DNA of 64,000 bases, taken from positions 3,008,001 to 3,072,000 of the forward strand of contig OY760142.1 in the NCBI GenBank assembly GCA_963663225.1, written 5' to 3'. The translations under genes were made by a program, and so were the position numbers. The notes under the pieces are model-generated. The model saw nothing but the letters and a program-made list of their open reading frames with translations. It did no database searches and was not told the origin of the DNA. Shown here one piece after another: positions 51,439 to 61,315 of this stretch. Position 1 is the first letter of the stretch; the number at the start of each line of letters is the position of its first letter. Source of the stretch: Nitrospirota bacterium (GTDB lineage Bacteria; Nitrospirota; UBA9217).

Positions 51439-51530
51439 ATCTGAAACTTTCAACCAGTATTCTACATGCTGTTGACAATTCGTTCTGTGCAGTTAAGTAG
51501 GTGTAACAGTCAAAAAACAAGAAAGGGAAT

Positions 51531-51872
51531 TTAGGAATCCTTGTTACTCTCCATCACCGCCATCTGATCTTTGATGGCTTCATGCCATTCATCTCGACGT
51601 TGAATAACGATCCTAAACTGTTCATCATCGTCAAGCGTGACGATAAGCACGTTGGGAATGATGAAAAATGTTTTAGCTGTATTGATTTCCTTAATCTGCT
51701 TCAGTGGAACAGACTTCTCCTGCTGCCGCGAGGCCCCCAAGACGAATCCTACAAAAACCAGCCGCAAATTGGTGAGATACAGCGCTCCGGTCAAACCAAC
51801 GTCGTCAATATGCAGAGTAGCCTCACCTTTTTTTAGAATTTTTTCATTTTCTTTGAGAGAAAAGCGATACAT
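51531..51872 (-). CDS. GRAM/PH-like domain protein
   Basis: E.ILK...A, G.LYLTN.RLVF, IIPN.L.V..W pattern. Confidence 0.75.
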   Translation of the reverse strand: MYRFSLKENEKILKKGEATLHIDDVGLTGALYLTNLRLVFVGFVLGASRQQEKSVPLKQIKEINTAKTFFIIPNVLIVTLDDDEQFRIVIQRRDEWHEAIKDQMAVMESNKDS

Positions 51873-51900
51873 ACCCCTCCCTATTCACTCTATGATTCAA

Positions 51901-51975
51901 ACCCCACCCGCCCTCCTCTTCGTAAGGAGAGGAGTTATTTGCTCCCCTCCTTGCCAAGGAGGGGCTGGGGGAGGT
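51901..51975. repeat. GC-rich palindromic REP/MITE-like intergenic element
   Basis: Outer ACCCCACCC/GGGGGAGGT arms enclose two hairpins, CTCCTCTT-CGT-AAGGAGAG and CCCCTCCTT-GCC-AAGGAGGGG. Confidence 0.65.
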
Positions 51976-51999
51976 CATATTCGCATCTCACTCCGCAAT

Positions 52000-54351
52000 C
52001 TACCGCGCTCTGTAATAATACCGGTTCAGATCAAGCAGCCCACCATGCACGGGTTCGTCTTCATAAAAACGCTGCTGGAACCAATCATAAGCGTCCCATA
52101 ACCGCTCATCCGCCCGGTTGATGCCGTATTTGGCTATCCGCTCCATGTCTTTCTTATTTTTCTTGAAATGCGCCAGGAGATCAAAAAAGTCCGGAAGGTC
52201 TTCATCTTTGACATCGACAAAGTAGTTCGGATAGGAGCCGATGAGACCCGGAACAAAATCCGCGCTGTCTTTTGCCGGATTCAGCCGACCGTCCTCACCG
52301 AACATGAACGCGACGTTGTCGTGCCAGCGGTTAATGACAATGGAGCCGACAACATCCTTGCCGTTTTTCACGCGTATTCTTATGTACGCAAGGTTGGCGT
52401 CATGCTCGTTCATCAGGGCAAAGAACGGCGTGCCGGGCTGGGAAAGAGAGGTGAACGCCCGCAGATAATCGTCCTTTGTTTCATATTTTGTCGGAAGCGG
52501 TGGATATGCCGCTCCTGCGGGTAAATAATTTATCGGATCAAAGGCGATTTCCGTTGCTGGCAGGAAGTGCTTTTTCACAAGATACTCCGTGAATTCGCGT
52601 TTCGGATCGCTTGTCGCAAAGTTGATCTTCGATGGAAGAGAAGACGGATAGTAGTGTATCTTCTTGAGATCGTAACCTTTATACCATGCTTTCATGTTTT
52701 CCTGCCGTGTTTCGGGGGGCAGAAAATCCAGGAAGTAGCTCTCCCCTTCAACGCGCAGAGCGTCCATATAAAGCCGAACCGCCATCTGATGTCCGACCGT
52801 TCCGTACACGTCGAATCCGGCGACAAGTGCGTAATAAATGCGTTCAAGAAGCGGATAATCAATGACCCAGAGGGTTTTCGGCAGGTTTCCCAAAACTCCT
52901 TTGTGCACCGAAGCACTGTTGAAATGGCGGTAAACGGTCAGGACCGGCGCATCCGAGGCGCGGCTGCCTTTCCAGATAAACTCATGGCCAAGCCCGCTGT
53001 AGTTGTGTGACATGTAGTAATCCTGCCGGGCCTTGTAGAACTCGACCACCGCCTTTCTATTCTCATCAGTCAGCGCTGAAAAGACGCGCATATCGCTGCC
53101 TTTTTCTATGGGCATTCTCAGTTTGTCGCTGTGCAGTTTCAGAAAACCCGGATACGCCACGCTCAGGTCATGTCCCGGGTCCAGAAACATGATCCAGAAG
53201 TGGTCGTCGATCACGTTCAGGGCGATCTGGCCTTTGCAGACAGGGCCGTGAATAAAGGTCATGATGGTGTAGTGCGCGTTGTCCAGTAGGAATTGGTAGC
53301 GCGAACGTGGCGGGATCTGCTCGAAAGTGACAAAAGGATTCGCGCTCGTTGCGGCATCATACCCCATCAGATGCGGAGTCTGCAGCCATTCCGGTTTGAT
53401 GAAAAGCTCATTGAACCGGTGCAGTTGCGCGTCATCAAGAGAAAAGACCATGTGCGTCTTATGCACAATGGTGGAATGGATCTTTCGGAAACGGTAGTAG
53501 ACCCGCGCGACACTGGGATCGTCATACGGCCGCACCGTGGGTATCAGGTCAATGGGCTGGCCGGGCGGTGTTTTTGACCGGAGCAGCTCATAGAACTCAT
53601 TGGTCGCAGTGCCGAACTTGAGATGGGCAAGAAACAGATGCTCATACAGGTAACGGGCCGTCATGGCATGCTTGGGATCATCCTGATTTAAAAACGCTTC
53701 CCATTTTCGGATGGCGATGGCGTCCTGCGGCTTGGGCGTGGTAAGTTCCGCCTGTTGGGCAGGCGTCGGCCCTTTTGCGCCCTGCACAAGCCAGCCGGCG
53801 ACGATTTCAAATTCCTCCTGTTTGAGCGGCGGAAAACCGTACGGCATGCCGCGGTTCGGGTGTTTCTCCAGATAACCTCCCAGTTCCTTCTGGTTCTCGG
53901 AGCATGTCAGGTCTTCTGACTCGGGATAGTACTCACCTTCGCTCTTCGGGTTCGCAATTTTATGCGACAACAGTTGAATCATGATTGAATCGTTCAACCC
54001 GTTCGAAACCGTGCTCTCGGTAACACTGAAGAATTTTTTCTTGCGCCATTCCTCGGTGGTTTCCGCATCAACAAAAAGACGCGTCGGGTCCATGGAAGTG
54101 AGCCGCGAGGCATTGTACACGGCCCTCTTTGTTGCGCCGCGGTCCGCGCCTTCGTACGAATCAAGCTTCAACTGGCAGGGGGAATTGTAGCAGGAGTGAC
54201 AGACGGTGCAGCGCTTGTCCAGAATGGGTTTTACTTCCTTCAGATAATCGATTGTTCTGTTCGGAACTTTTACCTGCACCGGCGGCAGCGCTTTCGCCGC
54301 GCACCCTGCAATAAACACGATCAAAAAAAAAGCCATGACTTTATTCTTCAT
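52000..54351 (-). CDS. cti: Fatty acid cis/trans isomerase (c-type heme lipoprotein)
   Basis: Lipobox IAGC, RCTVCHSCY.SPCQLKL, RYLYEHLFLAH, FIHGPVCKGQIALNVI, GSYPN. Confidence 0.93.
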   Translation of the reverse strand: MKNKVMAFFLIVFIAGCAAKALPPVQVKVPNRTIDYLKEVKPILDKRCTVCHSCYNSPCQLKLDSYEGADRGATKRAVYNASRLTSMDPTRLFVDAETTEEWRKKKFFSVTESTVSNGLNDSIMIQLLSHKIANPKSEGEYYPESEDLTCSENQKELGGYLEKHPNRGMPYGFPPLKQEEFEIVAGWLVQGAKGPTPAQQAELTTPKPQDAIAIRKWEAFLNQDDPKHAMTARYLYEHLFLAHLKFGTATNEFYELLRSKTPPGQPIDLIPTVRPYDDPSVARVYYRFRKIHSTIVHKTHMVFSLDDAQLHRFNELFIKPEWLQTPHLMGYDAATSANPFVTFEQIPPRSRYQFLLDNAHYTIMTFIHGPVCKGQIALNVIDDHFWIMFLDPGHDLSVAYPGFLKLHSDKLRMPIEKGSDMRVFSALTDENRKAVVEFYKARQDYYMSHNYSGLGHEFIWKGSRASDAPVLTVYRHFNSASVHKGVLGNLPKTLWVIDYPLLERIYYALVAGFDVYGTVGHQMAVRLYMDALRVEGESYFLDFLPPETRQENMKAWYKGYDLKKIHYYPSSLPSKINFATSDPKREFTEYLVKKHFLPATEIAFDPINYLPAGAAYPPLPTKYETKDDYLRAFTSLSQPGTPFFALMNEHDANLAYIRIRVKNGKDVVGSIVINRWHDNVAFMFGEDGRLNPAKDSADFVPGLIGSYPNYFVDVKDEDLPDFFDLLAHFKKNKKDMERIAKYGINRADERLWDAYDWFQQRFYEDEPVHGGLLDLNRYYYRAR

Positions 54352-54432
54352 ACTGAGGAAATCTCCTTGAACCAGGAAGTGGCAACAGAGGCATTGCGTT
54401 ATAACAAAAAAGCTATGGGAACGATGACAATC

Positions 54433-55032
54433 TCAACGCGGCTGTTTGAACAAATCGCTCTGCAGTCCTTTTTTCATTATCTTTAAATCTTTTATCAGCC
54501 CGTTTGATATGGAATAGATCCAACCGTGAATATACAGTTTTCTTCCCTGACTCCAGGCTTTCTGCACAAGCGTGTTATTGGCCAGATTTTTGACCTGTTC
54601 TATCACATTCAGCTCGCACATCTGATCGTGCGTTATCTTTCCGTGCTTCGGCATCATCACCTTTACGTTTTCGAGCCAGTGCTCCAGAAGTCCGTTGATC
54701 TTATGGTCCATGACGGCGTCTATGCCGCCGCAACCATAATGGCCGCAGACGATAATATGTTTTACCCGCAATACTTCGATGGCATATTGGAGAACGCACA
54801 TCAGATTCATGTCCGTGTTAATAACCTGGTTCGCTATGTTTCGATGGACGAACACTTCTCCCGGCATCAGACCGGTCACCTGATTTGCCGGTACTCTGCT
54901 GTCGGAGCAGCCGATCCACAGATACTTCGGCGTATGCTGCTTTTCCAGTTTTCTGAAAAAGTTCGGATTCTCCGCCGCTATCTGATCTGCCCAAGCCTTG
55001 TTATTGTTTAATAGCTTAGCGATATCTTTCAT
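54433..55032 (-). CDS. can: Beta-class carbonic anhydrase
   Basis: WIGCSDSRVP, FVHRNIAN, CGHYGCGG. Confidence 0.95.
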   Translation of the reverse strand: MKDIAKLLNNNKAWADQIAAENPNFFRKLEKQHTPKYLWIGCSDSRVPANQVTGLMPGEVFVHRNIANQVINTDMNLMCVLQYAIEVLRVKHIIVCGHYGCGGIDAVMDHKINGLLEHWLENVKVMMPKHGKITHDQMCELNVIEQVKNLANNTLVQKAWSQGRKLYIHGWIYSISNGLIKDLKIMKKGLQSDLFKQPR

Positions 55033-55088
55033 ACGTGTAGTGTATCCCTTTATTCTGTAGAATAGCGTTGTTCCTGCGAGTAAAGCCC

Positions 55089-56096
55089 TTACAGACGTAT
55101 CTTCATTTCCCGGTCATCAGGAGTTATCCCCGCATTGTATTCAATCACTTTTTGCGGAGCAGCGGGATTGTACATTTTCGCGTAGGAATCGGTCACCAAG
55201 AGATCTTTTGCGCGGTTCACCGTGGCTTTGTCACCCAGTCCTATATTTCGAAGTTCTATGCCATGCCTGGTTATACTGAAAAATCTGAATGCGCAGGGAT
55301 ACGTGACAATGGCCGGGTCCGCCACGTAGGTAATTCTGCCGTCAGTGATCACCCGGGTGGTATGATGATGGCCGGATACGACCAGCCTGACATTCTGAAA
55401 CTGCCTGAGGAGTTCGCGCACCTCTTCATGGTTTTTGACCATCCAGAAGGACCAGTCGGGAGAGGTGTCTCTATCCGTGGTAGGCATCAATAGTTGATGC
55501 GTAAAAATTATAATGAGTTTTTTATTTTGGTTCGACGTCAGCTCGGTTTCCAGCCATCTCAGTCCCTTCTTCGTCGCAAAACCGTACGGTTTGCCGTCCA
55601 CGGTTACATCGAAGCCGATGGCTCTCACTCCCCGCGCAGGATCAAACGCCCACGAAGAACGGCCCGGCCTCAGTCCTTTGTTATACCATATGTTAAGATA
55701 GTCTTCGCGCTTCAGTTTTGATACGCCGCTGATGGGTGAAACCTCGGTGTTGCCGAGCAGTATGTAGTAGGGCATGTTAAGATGATCGGTCCACTGTTGG
55801 AACACGGCGAGGGATTCCTTGTCGCGGGGTCCGTAATGTATCTGGTCCCCGCCAAAGACCACGAAGTTCAGTTTCGGCAGCCGCGCCAGTTGACGAAGCG
55901 CATCGATAAACAGGGTCACGCTTTTTTCCCGGTATTGCCAGCTGTTTTCACCGCGCACATCAAGATGGAGATCGGCGATATGGGCAAAATTAAACGGCTG
56001 AATATCCGCTGCTTCTGCAAAATGAATGAACAGGCCTTCCGAGGCAAGCGCGGCACCGGCAGCCGCAGATCCAAATAGAAATGTACGCCTGTTCAT
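55089..56096 (-). CDS. Tat-exported calcineurin-like metallophosphoesterase
   Basis: MNRRTFL, DLH, GGD, GNTE (in place of GNHD/E), SGHHH. Confidence 0.85.
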   Translation of the reverse strand: MNRRTFLFGSAAAGAALASEGLFIHFAEAADIQPFNFAHIADLHLDVRGENSWQYREKSVTLFIDALRQLARLPKLNFVVFGGDQIHYGPRDKESLAVFQQWTDHLNMPYYILLGNTEVSPISGVSKLKREDYLNIWYNKGLRPGRSSWAFDPARGVRAIGFDVTVDGKPYGFATKKGLRWLETELTSNQNKKLIIIFTHQLLMPTTDRDTSPDWSFWMVKNHEEVRELLRQFQNVRLVVSGHHHTTRVITDGRITYVADPAIVTYPCAFRFFSITRHGIELRNIGLGDKATVNRAKDLLVTDSYAKMYNPAAPQKVIEYNAGITPDDREMKIRL

Positions 56097-56220
56097 GCTG
56101 TCCTCATTCGCGCGGGGGGTAAAACCAGGAGTTTACAATACATTTATTAACTTGACATATTCCCCTGTGCGTGTCAAGTTCAAAAAAAGAAATAAGATCA
56201 ATCGGTTGCAAAAAGTCATG

Positions 56221-56249
56221 TTGAATTTCCAATCCGCCTATGCTATGGT
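56221..56249 (+). promoter_or_regulatory. sigma70-like extended -10 promoter of selA
   Basis: TTGAAT-N17-TATGGT with TGn, ending 6 nt before the ATG. Confidence 0.5.
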
Positions 56250-56255
56250 ACCCTC

Positions 56256-57668
56256 ATGAAAGAATGGCTTAAGAAATTGCCCGCGGTAGACGAACTTTTG
56301 AAAGACCGCCGAATACAGCAATGGTTGGCTGTCCACCCGCGCATTCTAGTTATTGATGCTATCAGGATGGCGCTTGATTTCAAGCGACAGGAAATTCTTC
56401 GCACCAAAGAACCGGCTTCCGCAGACACTTTTGAGCAAGCTCTTTCGATTCCCACTATTCTTGATGCAACAGAAACCTTCCTCAAAAAACTCGTTGAACC
56501 GAGCCTCCGCCGTGTCATCAATGCCACAGGAGTAGTCGTACACACCAATCTCGGCCGTTCTGTTCTTTCTCAAACAGCCGTAGAACGCATGGTCGAAGCA
56601 GGCCGCGGCTACTCGAATCTGGAATACGATATTGAATCAGGTGAGCGCGGCAAGCGTTTCGTGCATATTGAAAAAACGCTCAGACGTCTTACCGGCGTCG
56701 AGGCCGCAACAGCCGTAAACAACAATGCCGCCGCTGTTTTACTGTGCCTCAACACGCTCGCCCGCGGCAAGGAAGTCATCGTGTCCCGCGGGGAACTGGT
56801 GGAGATCGGCGGCTCATTCCGGGTCCCCGATGTGATGGAACGAAGCGGCGCGACATTGCGCGAAGTGGGAACCACGAACAAAACACACCTCCGGGACTAT
56901 GAACAAGCCATCAATGAAAATACGGGGCTTCTGCTCAAAGTCCATACCAGCAATTACAAAATCGTCGGATTCACAAAGGAAGTCACTCCTGAGGAGCTTT
57001 CAAAACTCGGGAAAAAACACACCCTCCCGGTCATGTGGGACCTCGGCAGCGGCAGTTTCGTGGACCTCGCGCCCTACTGTTCCGTCAGCGAACCCACGAT
57101 ACAGCATGGCGTCGATTCAGGAGTGGATGTGCTCACCTTCAGCGGCGATAAACTGCTGGGTGGACCTCAGGCGGGCCTCATTCTCGGCAAAAATGCTCAT
57201 CTCGATTTAATCAAGTCGAATCCCCTTACCCGGGCGCTCAGGCTGGACAAATTCACCCTTGCCGCGCTTGAGGCAACGCTGAGCGAATATCTCGATCCGG
57301 AAAAAGCCGCCCGGGACATCCCCACGCTGTGGATGCTGACCCAGCCGCTCAGTGAAATAGAAAGGAAGGCCCGTCTTCTTGCAAACGGAATTGCAGACGC
57401 AACGCTGGAAGGACTGAGCGTTGTCATTCAGGACGATGCCTCGCAAAGCGGCGGCGGTGCATTGCCTACGGCAGACTTCCCGACAAAAACCGTTTGTCTC
57501 CGCCATAAGCGTATAAGCGCCAATCAGTTGGAATCGCACCTGCGGCTCGGCAAACCGCACATCATCACCCGCATCAAGGAAGACATGGTCATTTTCGATC
57601 CGCGAACACTGAATGATGAAGAGATCAGCGCTATTGTCGCGGCTATCCAAGCCATGCTCACTCCGTAG
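56256..57668 (+). CDS. selA: L-seryl-tRNA(Sec) selenium transferase
   Basis: VINATGVVVHTNLGR, SRGELVEIGGSFR.PD, EVGTTNKT, FSGDKLLGGPQAG. Confidence 0.97.
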   Translation: MKEWLKKLPAVDELLKDRRIQQWLAVHPRILVIDAIRMALDFKRQEILRTKEPASADTFEQALSIPTILDATETFLKKLVEPSLRRVINATGVVVHTNLGRSVLSQTAVERMVEAGRGYSNLEYDIESGERGKRFVHIEKTLRRLTGVEAATAVNNNAAAVLLCLNTLARGKEVIVSRGELVEIGGSFRVPDVMERSGATLREVGTTNKTHLRDYEQAINENTGLLLKVHTSNYKIVGFTKEVTPEELSKLGKKHTLPVMWDLGSGSFVDLAPYCSVSEPTIQHGVDSGVDVLTFSGDKLLGGPQAGLILGKNAHLDLIKSNPLTRALRLDKFTLAALEATLSEYLDPEKAARDIPTLWMLTQPLSEIERKARLLANGIADATLEGLSVVIQDDASQSGGGALPTADFPTKTVCLRHKRISANQLESHLRLGKPHIITRIKEDMVIFDPRTLNDEEISAIVAAIQAMLTP

Positions 57669-57698
57669 TTTGTCGGAACTGTTTTCTGAGACCCTGTT

Positions 57699-59594
57699 AT
57701 GAAATACATCATCCTCGGCACTGCCGGACATATCGACCATGGAAAATCCAGCCTCGTAAAGGCCCTTACGGGAACAGATCCCGACCGGCTGAAGGAAGAA
57801 AAAGAACGCGGGATCACTCTTGATCTGGGTTTTGCCTCTCTCGATCTGCCGGGCGGCAACCGTCTCGGCATTGTGGACGTGCCCGGCCATGAAGGCCTTA
57901 TCAAAAACATGCTGGCAGGCGTGGGCGGCATCGACATCGTGATGCTTGTCATCGCGGCCGACGAAGGCATCATGCCCCAGACACGGGAACACCTCGCCAT
58001 CTGCAATCTTCTGCGGGTCAAGCAAGGAATCATCGCCCTCACCAAGATGGACCTGGTCGAGAAGGACTGGCTCGACCTCGTGCAGGAGGAAGTGCGGGAA
58101 TTCGTAAAAGGAACTTTTCTCGCAACTGCGCCGATTGTGCCCGTTTCCTCAAAAAGCGGTGAAAATCTTCCCCTGCTTGTCAAAGAACTCGCCCGACTTG
58201 CAAGTGAGGTGGCCCCAAAATCGTCCGGCGGGATTCTCCGCCTGCCGATCGACCGTGTTTTTACGATGAAGGGGTTCGGGACAGTCGTCACCGGCACGCT
58301 GCTTTCGGGCGCCATCAACGCAGAGCAGGAAGTCGATATCCTTCCAAAGGGCATTACAACAAAAGTGCGCGGCATCCAGTCGCATAACCAGGCGGTAAAG
58401 CAATCGGTCGCGGGCCAGCGGACCGCGGTAAATCTGCAGGGCATTGAAAAGGACCAGATCTCGCGCGGAGATGCCATTGTGAGCGCCGGTTATTTCAAAT
58501 CAACCAAGACGCTCGACGCGACCCTTGAAATGCTTGAGCAGGCCCCCCGCGGTCTTAAAAACGGCGCACGCATCCGTTTTTACAATGCCACCCAGGAAGC
58601 CCTGGGCAGAATCACCATGCTGGGCGCAAGAGATCTTGCGCCCGGACAGGAAGCGTATGTCCAGTTCCGGCTTGAACAGCCCCTCATCATCCAGCACGGT
58701 GACCGGTATGTCCTCCGGTTCTATTCTCCTATGGAAACTCTTGGCGGCGGCATGGTTCTGAATCCGCACACCCGGAGGCATAAGCAGTCGACAATGCAGG
58801 AATCTCTTGCAAAACTGGATATTCTTAAGACAGGAACCATGCAGGACCGGATCGCGCTTTTCGTCTCGGGCAAAGGGCTGGCGGGAATGGAAGAAAATGC
58901 GCTTATCGGTTCTCTGGCGGCGGATAAACAGGAAATTACAACGGCGCTGGCTGCTTTGGGGCAGAAGAAGGTGCTGTTCAGAATCGACAATCTGTATGTG
59001 CACGCTTCCCAAATTCCGCTGCTCGAAAAAAAGATCGCGGATCTCATCGCAAAATATCATAAAGACAATCCGCTTAAACCGGGCATCGACAAGGAAGAAT
59101 TAAAGGGCATGCTCCGCTTGCGGCTGTCTCCGAAAATATTGAACCTTGCGGTTGAAGCCCTCGTGAGCAAAAAGCAGCTCGAATCCGACGGTTCAAAGCT
59201 CAGGCTTCCTTCTTTTAAGGCGGCAAAAGACCAGAGCGCGATGAAAGACAGGATCGTCGAGGCCATAAAAAAAGGCGGTTCACAGCCGCCGACGCGGGAA
59301 GAACTGCCCGCGCTTTTCAACATAACCGAAAAAGATGCAAAGGACCTCCTGAAACTCCTCGCAGAAGAAAACCGTGTCATTCGGATGAATGATTCACTCT
59401 ATCTGCACAGCGATACTCTGGAGAGCATCAGAACCGGCCTCAAAAAGCACCTCGACGAGAAAAAAGAAATCACTATTGCCGAATTCCGAGATCTCGCCAA
59501 AACGTCCCGAAAGTTCGCCGTCCCGATCATGGAGTATTTCGACTCACAAAAGCTGACGCAGCGGATCGGCGACAAGCGGGTATTGCGGGGTTGA
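57699..59594 (+). CDS. selB: Selenocysteine-specific elongation factor
   Basis: GTAGHIDHGKS, RGITLDLGFA, DVPGHE, winged-helix C-terminus SRKFAVP..EYFD...TQRIGD.R. Confidence 0.97.
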   Translation: MKYIILGTAGHIDHGKSSLVKALTGTDPDRLKEEKERGITLDLGFASLDLPGGNRLGIVDVPGHEGLIKNMLAGVGGIDIVMLVIAADEGIMPQTREHLAICNLLRVKQGIIALTKMDLVEKDWLDLVQEEVREFVKGTFLATAPIVPVSSKSGENLPLLVKELARLASEVAPKSSGGILRLPIDRVFTMKGFGTVVTGTLLSGAINAEQEVDILPKGITTKVRGIQSHNQAVKQSVAGQRTAVNLQGIEKDQISRGDAIVSAGYFKSTKTLDATLEMLEQAPRGLKNGARIRFYNATQEALGRITMLGARDLAPGQEAYVQFRLEQPLIIQHGDRYVLRFYSPMETLGGGMVLNPHTRRHKQSTMQESLAKLDILKTGTMQDRIALFVSGKGLAGMEENALIGSLAADKQEITTALAALGQKKVLFRIDNLYVHASQIPLLEKKIADLIAKYHKDNPLKPGIDKEELKGMLRLRLSPKILNLAVEALVSKKQLESDGSKLRLPSFKAAKDQSAMKDRIVEAIKKGGSQPPTREELPALFNITEKDAKDLLKLLAEENRVIRMNDSLYLHSDTLESIRTGLKKHLDEKKEITIAEFRDLAKTSRKFAVPIMEYFDSQKLTQRIGDKRVLRG

Positions 59595-59661
59595 TTGGTG
59601 CGCGTCGGACTGAAGACGACCGTTCTCTGCAATCAGCATCTTCCCCTGAAGGAGAACAAGC

Positions 59662-61299
59662 ATGGTTTTTAAAAACGCTGACGAATGCTGGGATGTAATC
59701 AAAAAAGAACTCAAACCTGCCCTTCTGGCCGACATTGAGCACTTTGCGCGCACCAATGAATCGCCCGCCAGGATTGAGTTCGGCACTTCCGGCTGGAGAG
59801 GAATCATCGGGTCCGACTTCACGTTTCATAATCTCCGTATCGTGACCCAGGCTATTATCAATACCCTGAAAAGCGACAATGCATCCGTCAGGCAGGCATT
59901 GGGTGTCCCCGATTTTTCCGTTGTTCAGAAAAAAGGCGTCGTCGTCGGCCATGACAACCGGTTTCTCGGACCTCAGTTTGCGCAAGAAATCATGGACATG
60001 CTGGCTGCTTCTGATATCACGGTGTTCTATTGCGGAGAAACGACGACCCCTCAGATATCAGCTGCCATTGACGTGCTGGGAGCGGCCTGCTCCATCAATA
60101 TCACTCCCTCTCACAATCCGTCGCCGTATGCGGGCTTAAAATTCAACCCCTCGGACGGAGGTCCGGCAGGATCGGAAATCACCAACGTCATCCAGTCGGA
60201 AGCGAACCGGATGATGGATGAGCCGGATAAAAAAACCGCTTCCAAACCTTCTTCTGCGGTTCCGGTGCGAACAAACCCCATCGACACGTATCTTGCGTTT
60301 CTTCGTAAAAGAAAAACGCTTGATCTCGATACAATCCGCAAATTCGTGCATACGTCCGACTGTGTGATTGCGGTTGATCATGTGCATGGAGCGACGCGCG
60401 GAGTGCCTGGCGCGCTGCTGGACCCATCCGGTACTCTGGGGAAGAAGCTGGTTTTTCTCCGAACAAATGACGACTACCTGTTCGGCGGTGTAGCTCCCGA
60501 ACCTTCCGCAAAAAACATGGAAGCCGTGGACGCTCTTCTGAAACAGAGTACGGCAGCATTTAAAATCGGCGCTATCCTGGATCCTGACGGCGACAGGATC
60601 CGGTTTGCGGACCACATCATGCAGATACCCATGAATTATTTCGGTGCAATGGCCCTGCATTTCCTGCATGTACACAAAGGCTTTAAGGGAGCGGTTGTAA
60701 AGTCCGTTGGGACAAGCAATTTTGCCAATGCCATAGCGGAAAAACTCGGGATACCCGTGCGCGAAACCATGGTGGGGTTCAAGAATTTCCGGCCGTATAT
60801 GCTTCCCGGCTCCGCAGACCGGGCCATAGTCGCTTTTGAAGAATCAGACGGAATATCGGGATTTAACCATACGCTCGAAAAAGACGCCCTGTTCGGTCTG
60901 CTTCTGGCAATAGAAATGGTGGCAACCACCGGCAAAAATCTTCATGAATATCTTGAAGATCTTATGAAGGAATTCGGATGCTTTTATCCGGACCGTTCAG
61001 GAATCGAAGTGGCTCGTGAACTTACGGGCAATCCTCTCAAGGAAAAGATTAAGGCCATCCAAAAAAAATATCCGGTAGGCAGCTCCATACAAATCGGTGA
61101 TAAATCGCTTACCGTCAAAAAATTGATCACGATAGATGGTACAAAGATCGTGCTGGAAGACGGTTCATGGCTGATGATAAGGCCATCAGGGACCGAACCT
61201 AAGGTACGGTTTTATGTTGAAGCCAGAAACCCTCTGGAAATAAAAGAACTTCTTTCCACAGCAAAAAAATTAACAATATCAGCAATTGCGGAAAAATGA
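59662..61299 (+). CDS. Phosphoglucomutase/phosphomannomutase family protein
   Basis: FGTSGWRG, TPSHNP, DPDGDR, FEES.G, RPSGTEP. Confidence 0.93.
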   Translation: MVFKNADECWDVIKKELKPALLADIEHFARTNESPARIEFGTSGWRGIIGSDFTFHNLRIVTQAIINTLKSDNASVRQALGVPDFSVVQKKGVVVGHDNRFLGPQFAQEIMDMLAASDITVFYCGETTTPQISAAIDVLGAACSINITPSHNPSPYAGLKFNPSDGGPAGSEITNVIQSEANRMMDEPDKKTASKPSSAVPVRTNPIDTYLAFLRKRKTLDLDTIRKFVHTSDCVIAVDHVHGATRGVPGALLDPSGTLGKKLVFLRTNDDYLFGGVAPEPSAKNMEAVDALLKQSTAAFKIGAILDPDGDRIRFADHIMQIPMNYFGAMALHFLHVHKGFKGAVVKSVGTSNFANAIAEKLGIPVRETMVGFKNFRPYMLPGSADRAIVAFEESDGISGFNHTLEKDALFGLLLAIEMVATTGKNLHEYLEDLMKEFGCFYPDRSGIEVARELTGNPLKEKIKAIQKKYPVGSSIQIGDKSLTVKKLITIDGTKIVLEDGSWLMIRPSGTEPKVRFYVEARNPLEIKELLSTAKKLTISAIAEK

Positions 61300-61315
61300 T
61301 AAACGAGGCTGGAAA

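Noticed and set aside
57207-58477. Minus-strand ORFs of 272 and 317 aa
   Set aside because: Antisense to selA and selB, which are unambiguous.
56256-59661. tRNA-Sec (selC) or UGA-recoded selenoproteins near selAB
   Set aside because: No tRNA-like sequence in the short spacers; EchE uses Cys, and I saw no gene broken by an in-frame TGA. A tRNAscan-SE and bSECIS search would be decisive.
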